Shown: piece after piece, positions 1-9,341 of the stretch
Numbering within the stretch: the first letter of the stretch is position 1
How the letters are laid out: every line of letters starts with the position of its first letter
DNA from: an uncultured Candidatus Binatia bacterium
GTDB lineage: Bacteria; Desulfobacterota; Binatia; HRBIN30
Assembly (NCBI GenBank): GCA_964498075.1
Contig: CAZCGA010000010.1
Span: 9,247 to 73,246, forward strand
Direction: 5' to 3'
DNA length: 64,000 nucleotides
Notes under the pieces: generated by a model
What the model saw: only the letters and a program-made list of their open reading frames with translations
What the model was told of the DNA's origin: nothing
Databases searched by the model: none
Position numbers and translations under genes: made by a program

Positions 1-438
1 CCGCTGCTCAGCACTCGCCGCTATGGCTTCATCATTGCCGGTAAGGAAGCGTCCACCCGCGGCACGTACGGCACGGGGCTCAGCATCTGCGGACTAAAGA
101 CGGCCACTTACGGAAGCGTGGTCGCCGGCGTCCTGACGGATCAGAGCTGCGCGGTTGCCGACGGCGGCGTTGCCGATTTCGTCTTGCTGCGCGCGACCGC
201 TAGTCTGCTGCGCTTTAACGACGACCTGTCGGGCGGGGTGACGGCGACCTTCCCCTTGCGCGGCGTGTTGACCGACGTGCTCGGTAGCGTCGGCGTCGGC
301 GGCTCGTTCTCGGACTCGCCGGACACCATGTATCCCATCGGAAGCGACCTGGGCGCCCTGCTCCGGGTCCGCGGAGCCAACGCGTCGGATCGCGGGAGCT
401 ATACGCTGACGGTCGAATCGGCATCGTTCCGGCAGTAG
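1..438 (+). CDS. 3' end of a CDS entering from upstream (secreted protein C-terminal domain, function unknown)
   Basis: Frame 1 is open from base 1 to TAG 436-438; track ORF 118..438 is its tail and there is no start inside the window. The ending ...DRGSYTLTVESASF resembles PPC/pre-peptidase-type beta-sandwich C-termini. Product call is weak. Confidence 0.35.
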   Translation, partial: PLLSTRRYGFIIAGKEASTRGTYGTGLSICGLKTATYGSVVAGVLTDQSCAVADGGVADFVLLRATASLLRFNDDLSGGVTATFPLRGVLTDVLGSVGVGGSFSDSPDTMYPIGSDLGALLRVRGANASDRGSYTLTVESASFRQ

Positions 439-521
439 GGACCGGCCGAATGGTCGGACTTTGACTTGACGCAGCTGGAGAGCGTGGTGTATGCGACACG
501 CTGCTAGTACTCAGGAGGGCT

Positions 522-3500
522 GTGGTGCGGGAGTCGATCGTTGGGCCGTACGAGGTTTGGGTTTTCCCGCTGCCATCCCATGCACTCGCCCTGGCTGGAT
601 TGGCGCTGCTCCTCGCGGGCTGCGGCGGAGGCGGATCCGGCACGACGTCGAACGGTTCTCTCAATCTGCGGACAGCATGGGAGCGCGCCTCGGGCACCTC
701 GGCGTCGCGGTTGCGGCGTAGTACTGAAACCAGTTCACAAGTTCCGCCGAGCGTCACCACCATCGAGGTTCGAGTCGACAATGGCGGCCGGCGCATCCGC
801 ACCTTCGTGCGGGCTCAGCCCAACGAAGTGGTGGAGATTGACCAGTTGCAGAGCGGTGAAGCGATCATCCAGGTGTTCGGCTACGACCTCTCGTTCCTTC
901 CGCCATCGCCTTCGGATGAAACCATCCGCGGCTTTCTCGAACTGCGCGACCTACCCCCGGCCTTCAAGAGCGTCCCTATCTCGGTTGCGATTCAGGCCGG
1001 GGAGGTGACCGACGCGTGCGCCGCACAGCCCCCCGGGTGTACGGCCGACGGTGCCGTGCAGTTGTCAGCCCAGCCGTTCGTCACCGACTTCGAGCCGCTG
1101 CCGGGCATGGCGAACGTGCCCCCGTCGGCCACGGTGTCGTTTGTGATCGCGACGGCCGTGGGCACGATCAGCGAACCGAGCATCAACATCACCATCGGGG
1201 GGCAGCGCGCCGTTCAAGATGGGGTCGAGCAGAGCGGAGCCAACTTAGTTGAATGCGACGACTCCGGTGAGTCGAGCGACGTGCTGTGCCGGCTGAATTT
1301 TGAAAGCGACGTCGACCGTCAGCTGAGCGGGTTCCTGTTTGCCTACGACAGCCCGAATCCCTATCCCCAGAGCTCGCGAGTCGATGTCGTCGTGGGCGCG
1401 AGTAACGACGCGAGCCCGCCGCTCTCGTTCACCTTCCCCTATAGCTTCCTCACCGGCGTGGAGCCGACCGCGACACCGACGGAAGAAGTGCCGCCCTCCA
1501 ACACGCCAACTGAAGTGCCGACGGTAACGCCCACCAACTTACCGACCGCGACGAATACGCTGACGCTCACACCCACCGCCACGGCCACGCCAGTATCGAC
1601 CGCGACGACAACCAACTCGCCGACGGTGACCGCAACTGAACAGGCGACCGAGACACCGACCGGCACAGAGGCTCCGACCGATACGCCGACCGAGGTGCCG
1701 ACGGAGACGCCGACACCGACCGAAACAACCGCGCCCACCGCGACGGCAACAAGCTCCCCGGTGCCGGTCGATACCAGCACGCCCACCGAGACATCGACGC
1801 AGGCTCCCACACCCACGGCTACCGCGATGGCGACTGCAACTGCGTCACTGACCGCGACCGAGACGCTCGGGCCAACTGCGACGCCGACGGAGACGCCGGT
1901 CGAAGCGGCGACCGCAACCGCGACCGAGACGCCGGAAGCAGAAGCAACGGAGACGGCGGAACCCACGGAAACGGAGACCGCGGAGGCAACTGCGACGCCG
2001 ACGCCCACTGTGACCGTCGTGGTCGTGGAGACGCCCTCAGCAACCGCCACACCCTCCGAGATCGAAACACCTGTGGCAACCGCGACACCGACGGAGACGC
2101 CAACCGAGGCGGCGACCGAAACGCCGAGTGAGACACCTGGAGCGACCGAGACGGCGGAGCCCACAGAGACACCGTCTGAAACTGAAACCGCCGAGCCGAC
2201 CGAGACGCCGACGCAGACGCCCGCGGAGGTGGAGACGCCCACAGCAACCGCAACCCCGATGGCGGAGACGCCTTCCCCAACGACGACTCCCAGCGAGAGT
2301 GAAACACCGGGGGCGACAGCAACGCCGACGGAGACGCCAACCGAGGCGGCGACCGAAACGCCGAGTGAAACACCGGAAGCGACCGAGACGGCGGAGCCCA
2401 CAGAGACGCCCACTGAAGTCGGAACCGCCGAGCCGACCGAGACGCCGACGGAGGTTGAAACCCCAACAGCCACCGCGACACTCACAGCCGAAGAAACGCC
2501 GCCACCGACGACGACTGCCACCGAGACGGAAACACCAGGGCCGACTGCAATCCCGACGGACACCCCGGAAGCAACCGAGACGGCGGAGGCGACGGAGACG
2601 CCGACTGAGACCCGAACCCCCGAGCCCACCGAAACCGCGACCGATACGCCCGAACCGACGGCGACTGAGACGGCGACGGTGACACCGACGGAAACCGAGA
2701 CCCCCGAGCCGAGTGAGACACCAACCGAGTCACCGACACCAACGCCGACCCCGACGCCCACCGAGGTGGCCGGCTTGGCCTACATCTCCATCTCGGGGAG
2801 CAATGCGGTCACCGTGATCGATACGACCACTGCTGAGGTGGTGGACAGCGTGACGATGCTGGGCAGCGGCTCGGCCGGCGTGGCGGTGAACCCGATGGGC
2901 ACGCTCGTCTATGTGACAAACTTGTTCAGCAACTCCGTGTCGGTGATCGATGCTGTGACCAAGGAGGTCAGCGCGGTGATGTCCGCCAATCGGCCGTTTG
3001 GCGTGGCGGTGAATCCATTGACCCCGCGGCTGTACGTCGCCAATCAGTCGAGCAACACCCTCTCGGTGATCGACACCGACACCAACGAGCTGCTGAAGAC
3101 CCTGCAGGTGGGCAACGGACCCTCCGGCGTGGCGGTCAACCCGGCAGGGACGCGGGTCTACGTGACCAATCAGTTCAGCAACACCGTCTCGGTGATGGAC
3201 ACGTCGAACGACGAGGTCGTCGCCGTCGTTCCTGTCGGCAGCCAGCCGCTCGGCGTGGCAGTCGGTCCGTCGGGCCTGCAGATCTTTGTGACCGACGTGG
3301 CCAGTGATGGCGTATCGGTCATCGATGCCACGAACGTCGTCGCCGACACGATTGGAGTGGGTGATTTGCCGTTCGGCGTCGCAGTCAATCCGACGCAGCC
3401 ACGCGTGTACGTGACCAACGCCGGCGACGACACAGTGTCCATCATCGATATGACGGATCACTCGATCGCGACTGTCGACGTGGGCCACTTCCCGTACGGT

Positions 3501-3671
3501 GTCGACGTGAATCCTGCGGGGACCAAGGTCTTCGTGGCGAACTTCGTCAGCAACTCCGTGGCAGTGATCGATACCACAAACCAAAACGCCGTGAGTTTTG
3601 TGCCGGTGGGTGTGCACCCGATCGCGTTCGGTCGCTTCATCGGTCCGGTGCCCCCCGGCGAGATTCAGTGA
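522..3671 (+). CDS. Lipoprotein with long Thr/Pro/Glu low-complexity linker and C-terminal YVTN-family beta-propeller repeats
   Basis: GTG 522/525 follows AGGAGGG (513-519). Lipobox is LLLAGC followed by GGGGSG. A ~430-aa T/P/E-rich linker is followed by tandem ~40-aa repeats such as [45 protein letters not shown] and [15 protein letters not shown]. Confidence 0.8.
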   Translation: MVRESIVGPYEVWVFPLPSHALALAGLALLLAGCGGGGSGTTSNGSLNLRTAWERASGTSASRLRRSTETSSQVPPSVTTIEVRVDNGGRRIRTFVRAQPNEVVEIDQLQSGEAIIQVFGYDLSFLPPSPSDETIRGFLELRDLPPAFKSVPISVAIQAGEVTDACAAQPPGCTADGAVQLSAQPFVTDFEPLPGMANVPPSATVSFVIATAVGTISEPSINITIGGQRAVQDGVEQSGANLVECDDSGESSDVLCRLNFESDVDRQLSGFLFAYDSPNPYPQSSRVDVVVGASNDASPPLSFTFPYSFLTGVEPTATPTEEVPPSNTPTEVPTVTPTNLPTATNTLTLTPTATATPVSTATTTNSPTVTATEQATETPTGTEAPTDTPTEVPTETPTPTETTAPTATATSSPVPVDTSTPTETSTQAPTPTATAMATATASLTATETLGPTATPTETPVEAATATATETPEAEATETAEPTETETAEATATPTPTVTVVVVETPSATATPSEIETPVATATPTETPTEAATETPSETPGATETAEPTETPSETETAEPTETPTQTPAEVETPTATATPMAETPSPTTTPSESETPGATATPTETPTEAATETPSETPEATETAEPTETPTEVGTAEPTETPTEVETPTATATLTAEETPPPTTTATETETPGPTAIPTDTPEATETAEATETPTETRTPEPTETATDTPEPTATETATVTPTETETPEPSETPTESPTPTPTPTPTEVAGLAYISISGSNAVTVIDTTTAEVVDSVTMLGSGSAGVAVNPMGTLVYVTNLFSNSVSVIDAVTKEVSAVMSANRPFGVAVNPLTPRLYVANQSSNTLSVIDTDTNELLKTLQVGNGPSGVAVNPAGTRVYVTNQFSNTVSVMDTSNDEVVAVVPVGSQPLGVAVGPSGLQIFVTDVASDGVSVIDATNVVADTIGVGDLPFGVAVNPTQPRVYVTNAGDDTVSIIDMTDHSIATVDVGHFPYGVDVNPAGTKVFVANFVSNSVAVIDTTNQNAVSFVPVGVHPIAFGRFIGPVPPGEIQ
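2088..2552 (+). repeat. Tandem duplication of a 237-bp (79-codon) unit inside the linker-coding region
   Basis: Copy 1 (2088-2324) and copy 2 (2325 to ~2552) both begin CCGACGGAGACGCCAACCGAGGCGGCGACCGAAACGCCGAGTGA... ([29 protein letters not shown]). There are only a few substitutions in the first ~90 nt. Copy 2 has a 3-4 codon deletion. Confidence 0.8.
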
Positions 3672-3771
3672 GGGGCTCGTGGACGAGGTCGTACGAGCCG
3701 CAGACGATGGAGAAGGTCACGCCTCGATATCCGTGACGGTTGGGCGTCGCGGCGGTGAGGGGGGTTGGAGC

Positions 3772-5340
3772 GTGGGGTTGGTTGATCGCAGAAGGATATG
3801 GCTCCTGTGCGCCGTGCTGGCGATCGTCCTCTTGGTGGGACGCGCCGATGCCAGTGTGCGCTCACAGGCACTGTATGCGCGTGGGCTGATCCCGTACCAC
3901 AGCGAGCAATGGGAGCAAGCCTATCGCTGGTTCGACAAGGCGGTGCAAGCGGACCACACCGATGCAGGGGCATTGCACTATCGCGGCTTGACACAAGCCC
4001 ACCGCGGAGCGCTTGGCGCCGCGATTCAGGACATCGAAGCAGCGCTCAAGCTCAATCCCACGCTGCCGCACGCGGCGCTGGATCTGGGTATCGCCTACTT
4101 CGATGCGGGGCAGTACCCGGCGGCGAAGACCTGGCTGGAACGCGCGCACCAGCAAATCAGCGATCGGTTTGCGGCGGCGTACTTCCTCGGCCTGACCCTG
4201 TATCGGCTGGGCGATGACGCGGCGGCAGTCAGCTCTCTGAACGAGGCGAAGGCCGATCCGGAGCTGCGACCGTCGGCGCAGTATTACGCCGGGCTGGCGC
4301 AGCTGCGCCAAGGCAACGCGGCGGCTGCACGAGCGGAGTTGGCGGAGACGGCGCACGCGCGGCCGGATACCGAGGTGGGCAAGGCGGCGCAAAACTATGG
4401 TGCCGCGGTGCCCCCTGAGGCGATGGAAGGCAAGCCCGGCAAACCCTGGTCGGTGTACGGTGAGCTCGACTTCCAGTACGACACCAACGTCGTCATCGCG
4501 CCATCCGACTCACAGGTGAAGGCCGCCGACGGAATCAGCCACCAGGACGACGGCCGGGCGGTGATTGCTGCCGGGGGTGAGTACACGCTGCTGGATACCA
4601 ACGTGGGATCGGTGCGTGCCGAGTACGACTTCTACCAGAGCGTGCACTTCAATCTGACCGAATTTGACCTGCAGGGACACCGCGGGCGCTTGGACTTCGC
4701 CTCGGCGGCGGGCCCGGTCAATTACGGCTTCTCCGGCGCCTACGACGTCTATTTGCTCAACTACCAGTCCTTTTACCATGCGCCCTTCGCGACCCCGTGG
4801 ATCGCGCTCGCCGAGGGCTCGCGGGCTGCCACGCAGATCTACTACACCTTTCGCTATCGTGACTTCCTGCGGCCGCCTTACAACCACGCGCGCGACGACT
4901 TCAACCATGCCGTCGGTGTGCGGCAGTTCTTCTCCCTCGACCGTCCCGAGCGGTTGCTGAACCTCGGATACCAGTTCGACTTGGACGACGGGGTCAAGAA
5001 TGATGCGGGGGCGCGCGACTTCGAATACCGCGGGCATCAGGTGGATGTGGGGCTGAGTTCGCCGTTGTTTGCGGGGACACACGCTCAGGCGGCGTATCTG
5101 TTTCGTCTGGAGGACTACCGGTTTCCCAACAGTCGCTCGGGTTGCGCGAACGTGACCTGCAGCGCCTTCAACTTCCGTCGTCACGACGGTGAACACGAGT
5201 TCGTCGTGTCGCTCACTCATGCGCTGACGCAAGAGATCACGCTCGCCTTGGACTACATCGGGGTGATCAACGGCTCGAATATTCCGGACTTCCAGTACGA
5301 CCGCAACATCATTTCGGCCGGCGTGCGGGTCACGTTCTGA
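3772..5340 (+). CDS. TPR-repeat protein fused to a C-terminal outer-membrane beta-barrel (Slam/DUF560-like architecture, tentative)
   Basis: GTG 3772 is in frame with track ORF 3598..5340 and gives signal peptide RRRIWLLCAVLAIVLLVGRADA. Several TPR-like helix pairs follow (YARGLIPYHSEQWEQAYRWFDKAV..., ALHYRGL..., AALDLGIAYFDAGQY...). The C-terminal ~300 aa has amphipathic strands rich in Y/D/N/G (ELDFQYDTNVVIAP...) and ends ...SAGVRVTF with a terminal Phe. Confidence 0.65.
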   Translation: MGLVDRRRIWLLCAVLAIVLLVGRADASVRSQALYARGLIPYHSEQWEQAYRWFDKAVQADHTDAGALHYRGLTQAHRGALGAAIQDIEAALKLNPTLPHAALDLGIAYFDAGQYPAAKTWLERAHQQISDRFAAAYFLGLTLYRLGDDAAAVSSLNEAKADPELRPSAQYYAGLAQLRQGNAAAARAELAETAHARPDTEVGKAAQNYGAAVPPEAMEGKPGKPWSVYGELDFQYDTNVVIAPSDSQVKAADGISHQDDGRAVIAAGGEYTLLDTNVGSVRAEYDFYQSVHFNLTEFDLQGHRGRLDFASAAGPVNYGFSGAYDVYLLNYQSFYHAPFATPWIALAEGSRAATQIYYTFRYRDFLRPPYNHARDDFNHAVGVRQFFSLDRPERLLNLGYQFDLDDGVKNDAGARDFEYRGHQVDVGLSSPLFAGTHAQAAYLFRLEDYRFPNSRSGCANVTCSAFNFRRHDGEHEFVVSLTHALTQEITLALDYIGVINGSNIPDFQYDRNIISAGVRVTF

Positions 5341-5349
5341 GGCGCGGAC

Positions 5350-6243
5350 ATGAAGCCATCAGCGATTCGGAGAGTGGTGTGGGTTGTGGGTGCGGTGCTC
5401 CTCGCTGCCGCCGGCGCGCAAGCGCAATCGGAGGTGGGCACGGTCGCGGCGACGCTCGGTATGCTGCAGATCCAGCGCGGCGGTACGTGGCAAGATGCAA
5501 CGCTCGGTGCGCCGGTGTTCGTCGGCGACCGGTTACGCACCGGGGGGACCGAGCAGGCCAAGATCGTCTTGCGCGATGATTCCGTGCTCGACTTGGCTCC
5601 CAACACCGAGCTGGTTCTGGAAACGCAAGTCTTCGATCCATCGGCGCATCGGTTTCAGTCGCTGCTGCGGCTCGCCAAAGGGAAGGTCCGCGCCTGGGTG
5701 AGCGAGTACTACCGCGAGCCGCGCGCCCGCTACGAAGTGGAAACGCCGACGGCGATCGCCGGGGTGCGCGGCACTGAGTTCATTACGCTGTACAACAGCG
5801 CTAGCGAGGTCACCGAGATTGTCGGCATCACCGAGCAAGTGGAGGTCGCCGGCAAGCTGGCGATGATCGGCGGCGCCGTGCAGGTCGGCCCGCAACTGTT
5901 CACCCAGGTGCAAAAGGGACGTTTCCCGACGGTGCCGCAACGTCTCGACGATGCGCGCTTTCGCCAATACCTGGAAGGTCTGGAGATCATTGGCACCGGG
6001 CGCCGTGACAGTCTGCACGTGCAGCATCCCGCCGTCGCTGGCCGCCTCCTGTCGCCGCAGGATTTGCCGAAGCCGGCCGCCGCCCGCGTCAGCGCTGAGG
6101 GGCTTGTTGTTGGAAGGCCTCAGAAGTTCCTCGCGGAGCGGCTGTCGCTGGACGTCCGTACCAACACGCAGCCGCTCGGTGTCTTCCAGTCGACGCCGCC
6201 GGGGCAAGTACCGACTGGCGGTGTGAAGGTGCGTATCTTCTGA
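5350..6243 (+). CDS. FecR-domain protein (secreted/periplasmic)
   Basis: Signal peptide is MKPSAIRRVVWVVGAVLLAAAGAQA. The FecR-like core is GMLQIQRGGTWQDATLGAPVFVGDRLRTGGTEQAKIVLRDDSVLDLAPNTELVLE. Confidence 0.65.
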   Translation: MKPSAIRRVVWVVGAVLLAAAGAQAQSEVGTVAATLGMLQIQRGGTWQDATLGAPVFVGDRLRTGGTEQAKIVLRDDSVLDLAPNTELVLETQVFDPSAHRFQSLLRLAKGKVRAWVSEYYREPRARYEVETPTAIAGVRGTEFITLYNSASEVTEIVGITEQVEVAGKLAMIGGAVQVGPQLFTQVQKGRFPTVPQRLDDARFRQYLEGLEIIGTGRRDSLHVQHPAVAGRLLSPQDLPKPAAARVSAEGLVVGRPQKFLAERLSLDVRTNTQPLGVFQSTPPGQVPTGGVKVRIF

Positions 6244-6352
6244 GCGCCGCGCCAACGGGGCCTTGCGGGCCTTGGGTTTTTGTGCAATGAACTTTGTCAC
6301 TGGCGGATTGACGAAATCCGACGTGACGGGAAAGCGAGAGGGAGGTGACGTG

Positions 6353-6613
6353 ATGCGGTTTGGAAGGCGGACTCAGGTTGCGGCATGTCTTGTCAGCTTA
6401 GGGTTGCTCGCGGGCGTCACGGCCGGCTGCGCGGCCAAACCGACCGCGGCGCAGGAATCAATGGCTGCGAGGGTGGAAGCGGCTGCCAGCAAGGCGGAGA
6501 TGGCCGCCAACAAGGCCGAAGCGGCGGCAAAGGGTGCGGCTGACGCGGCGGCCAGAGCCCAAGCGGCTGCTGATAAAGCCGAAGCGATGTTCCGAACAAA
6601 GTTGCACAAGTAG
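6353..6613 (+). CDS. Small alanine-zipper lipoprotein, Braun Lpp-like (copy 1)
   Basis: ATG 6353 follows GAGGGAGGTGACGTG. Lipobox is LLAGVTAGC. The Ala/Lys/Glu coiled-coil is AASKAEMAANKAEAAAKGAADAAARAQAAADKAEAMF. The C-terminal residue is Lys (...KLHK). Confidence 0.7.
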   Translation: MRFGRRTQVAACLVSLGLLAGVTAGCAAKPTAAQESMAARVEAAASKAEMAANKAEAAAKGAADAAARAQAAADKAEAMFRTKLHK

Positions 6614-6760
6614 CAGACGGACCGGAGAGGCAATCGGAGCCCGGCCCGAGGGAGCTGCTCCGTATTGTGACTACAAAAGCCGCGTGGTGTGGTTCCGAGT
6701 CTTCAGCCGATCTGTAGCGCTCGGAGGAGGTATCATGTGGCAACTTAGGGAGGTGACACG

Positions 6761-7015
6761 ATGAAAATCGGAAGAATGACCAGAGCGTTTGCAGGAGTTG
6801 GTGGTGTGATGCTGTTGGCTGGCGTTACAGCGGGGTGTGGGCCGACGCAGGCAGAGAAGGACCTGACCGCGAGAATGGAGGCGGCCGCCAGCAAGACCGA
6901 CATGGCTGCCAACAAGGCGGAGATGGCTGCTCGGAGCGCCTCCGAAGCGGCCCAGCGCGCTGAGGCTGCAGCCCAGAAGGCCGAGGCGATCTTTCAGAAG
7001 CACATGCGGAAGTAG
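6761..7015 (+). CDS. Small alanine-zipper lipoprotein, Braun Lpp-like (copy 2, paralog of 6353..6613)
   Basis: ATG follows GGGAGGTGACACG. It has the same lipobox (LLAGVTAGC) and the same motif (MEAAASK.DMAANKAEMAA...AAAQKAEAIF). The C-terminal residue is Lys (...HMRK). Confidence 0.7.
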   Translation: MKIGRMTRAFAGVGGVMLLAGVTAGCGPTQAEKDLTARMEAAASKTDMAANKAEMAARSASEAAQRAEAAAQKAEAIFQKHMRK

Positions 7016-7042
7016 CCAATCGCGCGTCGCAACGGTTTGACG

Positions 7043-7076
7043 AAGAGGGCGATCCGCCGGGTCGCCCTTTCTTGTC
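7043..7076. terminator. Rho-independent terminator between convergent genes
   Basis: Hairpin is AAGAGGGCGA-tccgccggg-TCGCCCTTTCTT, followed by a T-rich run. It lies 28 nt after the lipoprotein stop and ahead of the end of the minus-strand ADH gene. Confidence 0.55.
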
Positions 7077-7131
7077 TCTGCGCTGTGGCCCTTGGCACCG
7101 GGTAGATCAGCAGCCCGCTCGGGCTGCAGAC

Positions 7132-8160
7132 TCACCCACCAAACGTCACCAACGTCTTGACGGCCCGTTTGTCCTCGGCAGCCACGCGGTAGGCCTCGCC
7201 CGCAGCAGCCAGCGGAAAGCGGTGCGTCACCACCTGCCGCGCGGAGATGACGCCGGCGGCGATGTAGCGCAGCGCTGCGCGGGTATCGAGCGGACCGCAG
7301 GAATAGCTGGGGACGAGACGAATCTCGCGGAAGTACAGATTGTACGTGTCGAGGTGCAGGCGGGCCTCCGGCGGCGTGCCCATGAATTGCACGACCGTAC
7401 CACCCTTAGCGACACAGGCCAGGCCGATCTCCAAGGCCTCGATCGTTGCCGGGCCGACGATGACGACCTCGGCCCCGTCGCCACCGGTGGCCGTAGCCAC
7501 TTGCGCGGCCAGGTCGCCGGCAGCCGCATCAATCACCACGTCGGCACCCAGTTGGCGCGCCCGCTCGCAGCGTCCCCAGACAAGATCCGCACCGATCACG
7601 AGGCGCGCGCCTAGGTGCTTGGCCAAGACCACGTGCAGTTGACCCATCACGCCGAGCCCGATCACCAGGAGCGACGCGTCCGCCACGCGACCCGCACGCG
7701 TCAGTGACTTGACCACGCAGGCGGTCGGTTCCACCAACGCTCCATCGTCGTCCCCGACCGAGTCCGGCAGCATCAACGTGTCGCCGAACAGATTCGTTTC
7801 CGGGACCAGGAAGTACTCCGCCATACCTCCGGGAACGATCTGTGATGCGCGCCATGTGGGACACTGCACGAACTCCCCGCGGCGGCACGCCCCGCACGCC
7901 AGGCACGGCGCGTGATGGTGCACGAAGACGCGGGCGCCCGGCCGCACGTGGGTGACCTCGGCCCCGACCTCGACGATCTCCCCGACCGGCTCGTGGCCGA
8001 AGACCAAGGGCGCCTTCTTGCGGATGTACCACGGCACGACGTCACCCGAGCAGATGCCGCAGGCGCGTGTGCGTACCAGCGCCTCGCGGCGGCCCGGCCG
8101 CGGAATCGGTTCGTCTTCGATGCGGACGTCGAGGTAGTCGTACAGGCGGGCGACTTTCAT
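7132..8160 (-). CDS. Zinc-dependent alcohol dehydrogenase family (MDR) oxidoreductase
   Basis: MKVARLY... start at 8160. Motifs seen: GICSGD, GHEPVGEIVEVG, structural-Zn cysteines CLACGACRRGEFVQC, and Rossmann LVIGLGVMG. Confidence 0.8.
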   Translation of the reverse strand: MKVARLYDYLDVRIEDEPIPRPGRREALVRTRACGICSGDVVPWYIRKKAPLVFGHEPVGEIVEVGAEVTHVRPGARVFVHHHAPCLACGACRRGEFVQCPTWRASQIVPGGMAEYFLVPETNLFGDTLMLPDSVGDDDGALVEPTACVVKSLTRAGRVADASLLVIGLGVMGQLHVVLAKHLGARLVIGADLVWGRCERARQLGADVVIDAAAGDLAAQVATATGGDGAEVVIVGPATIEALEIGLACVAKGGTVVQFMGTPPEARLHLDTYNLYFREIRLVPSYSCGPLDTRAALRYIAAGVISARQVVTHRFPLAAAGEAYRVAAEDKRAVKTLVTFGG

Positions 8161-8164
8161 CGCC

Positions 8165-9190
8165 TCACGGCACCACCGCAAACTTGATCCCGTCGCCGCG
8201 CTGGTGGTCGCTGAGCGCTTGCGCCAGGCTCGGCAGCGGGTACACGCCGCTGATCAAGGCCTGTCCGCCGAAGCCCTCGCCAACCAACATCTCGTAGGCC
8301 CGGCGCACCGCCCGCGGCGTGAAATGGAACGGGCTGATCAGCCGGAGCTGGTCGTAGTGCAGCCGCTGCGTGTCGCACCGCATCTCCGTTCCCGGAGGGC
8401 ACCCGCCGAACAGCACCACCTGACCGCCGCGCCGCGCCAGTGTGGGCGCGGCCTCCCACACGTCGACTTGTCCGGTGCACTCGATCACCACGTCGGCTCC
8501 CCGCCCGTGCGTATAGTCCAGCACTTGCTCACGGCAGGCCGCTACCGGCCCGGTGATGACCGCGTCAGCGCCCAGCTGCCGCGCATACTGTGCGCGTTGC
8601 GGCCGGCGCCCGAGGACGATGATCCGTTCCAGCCTCATGGCACGCAGCACCAGCAGGTGCAGCAAGCTGATGGCGCCGGCCCCGATCAGAACGGCGGTGT
8701 CGTCCGGACGCAGGACCACGCTCTCGAGCCCGTGCACCACGCAGGCCAACGGCTCGAGCAGGGCGGCGACCGGATACGGGAGGGCGGGCGGCTTGCGGTA
8801 CAAGTTGATATTGACGATGCGCCCCGGCAGCTTGATGTACTCCGCATACGCGCCGAGCACCATCGTCTCCATCACCGTCTCGCAGAGGTTCTCCTGCTCA
8901 CGCTCGCAGTAGTAGCACCGGCCGCAGGGCGCCGTCGGCACCGCCATGATCGCATCGCCCTCCCGGAAGCCGCGGACGCGGGAGCCGACCGCAGCGATGT
9001 CGCCGGAGAACTCGTGACCGAAAGGGGTGGGCATGGGGAACTTGGGATGTCCTCGCAGGAACGCCTTCACATCGGTGCCGCAGGTCAGCGCGGCCCGCAC
9101 CTGTACCACCACCTCGTCGGGGCCCGGGAGCGGACGGGGCAGCTCACGGAACGAGATCTCTCCCGGCCGGACGAGCACGTGCCCCTGCAT
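8165..9190 (-). CDS. Zinc-dependent alcohol/threonine/sorbitol dehydrogenase family (MDR) oxidoreductase
   Basis: Start MQGHVLVRPGE at 9190. Motifs seen: CGTDVK, GHEFSGDIAAVG, CGRCYYCEREQENLC and VLIGAGAISLL. Confidence 0.8.
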   Translation of the reverse strand: MQGHVLVRPGEISFRELPRPLPGPDEVVVQVRAALTCGTDVKAFLRGHPKFPMPTPFGHEFSGDIAAVGSRVRGFREGDAIMAVPTAPCGRCYYCEREQENLCETVMETMVLGAYAEYIKLPGRIVNINLYRKPPALPYPVAALLEPLACVVHGLESVVLRPDDTAVLIGAGAISLLHLLVLRAMRLERIIVLGRRPQRAQYARQLGADAVITGPVAACREQVLDYTHGRGADVVIECTGQVDVWEAAPTLARRGGQVVLFGGCPPGTEMRCDTQRLHYDQLRLISPFHFTPRAVRRAYEMLVGEGFGGQALISGVYPLPSLAQALSDHQRGDGIKFAVVP

Positions 9191-9341
9191 CGACGCGCGG
9201 CCTTCCGAGCGCGTCGGTCCGACCGATGCAGTTTCTTGCATGGGGTAGCCGTATCTGCGGGTCTATCGGTTGTCAACCGAGCCCGGGCGTACCGTGATGA
9301 GCGGTGACTTCTGCCTGCCTGCAAGCTATACAACTCGTGCC

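Noticed and set aside
1439-2761. Long ORFs on the opposite strand or in alternative frames across the Thr/Pro-coding regions. Examples: 1439..2761 -, 1819..2481 -, 2128..2682 +, 20660..21700 -, 21701..22177 -, 22955..23740 -, 23963..24844 -, 24110..24838 +.
   Set aside because: They translate to monotonous VGV/SVG, RRP or DAD strings. Those strings are simply the other-frame readings of ACNCCNAC-type codon repeats. They carry no start context and fully overlap well-supported CDSs with signal peptides and folded domains.
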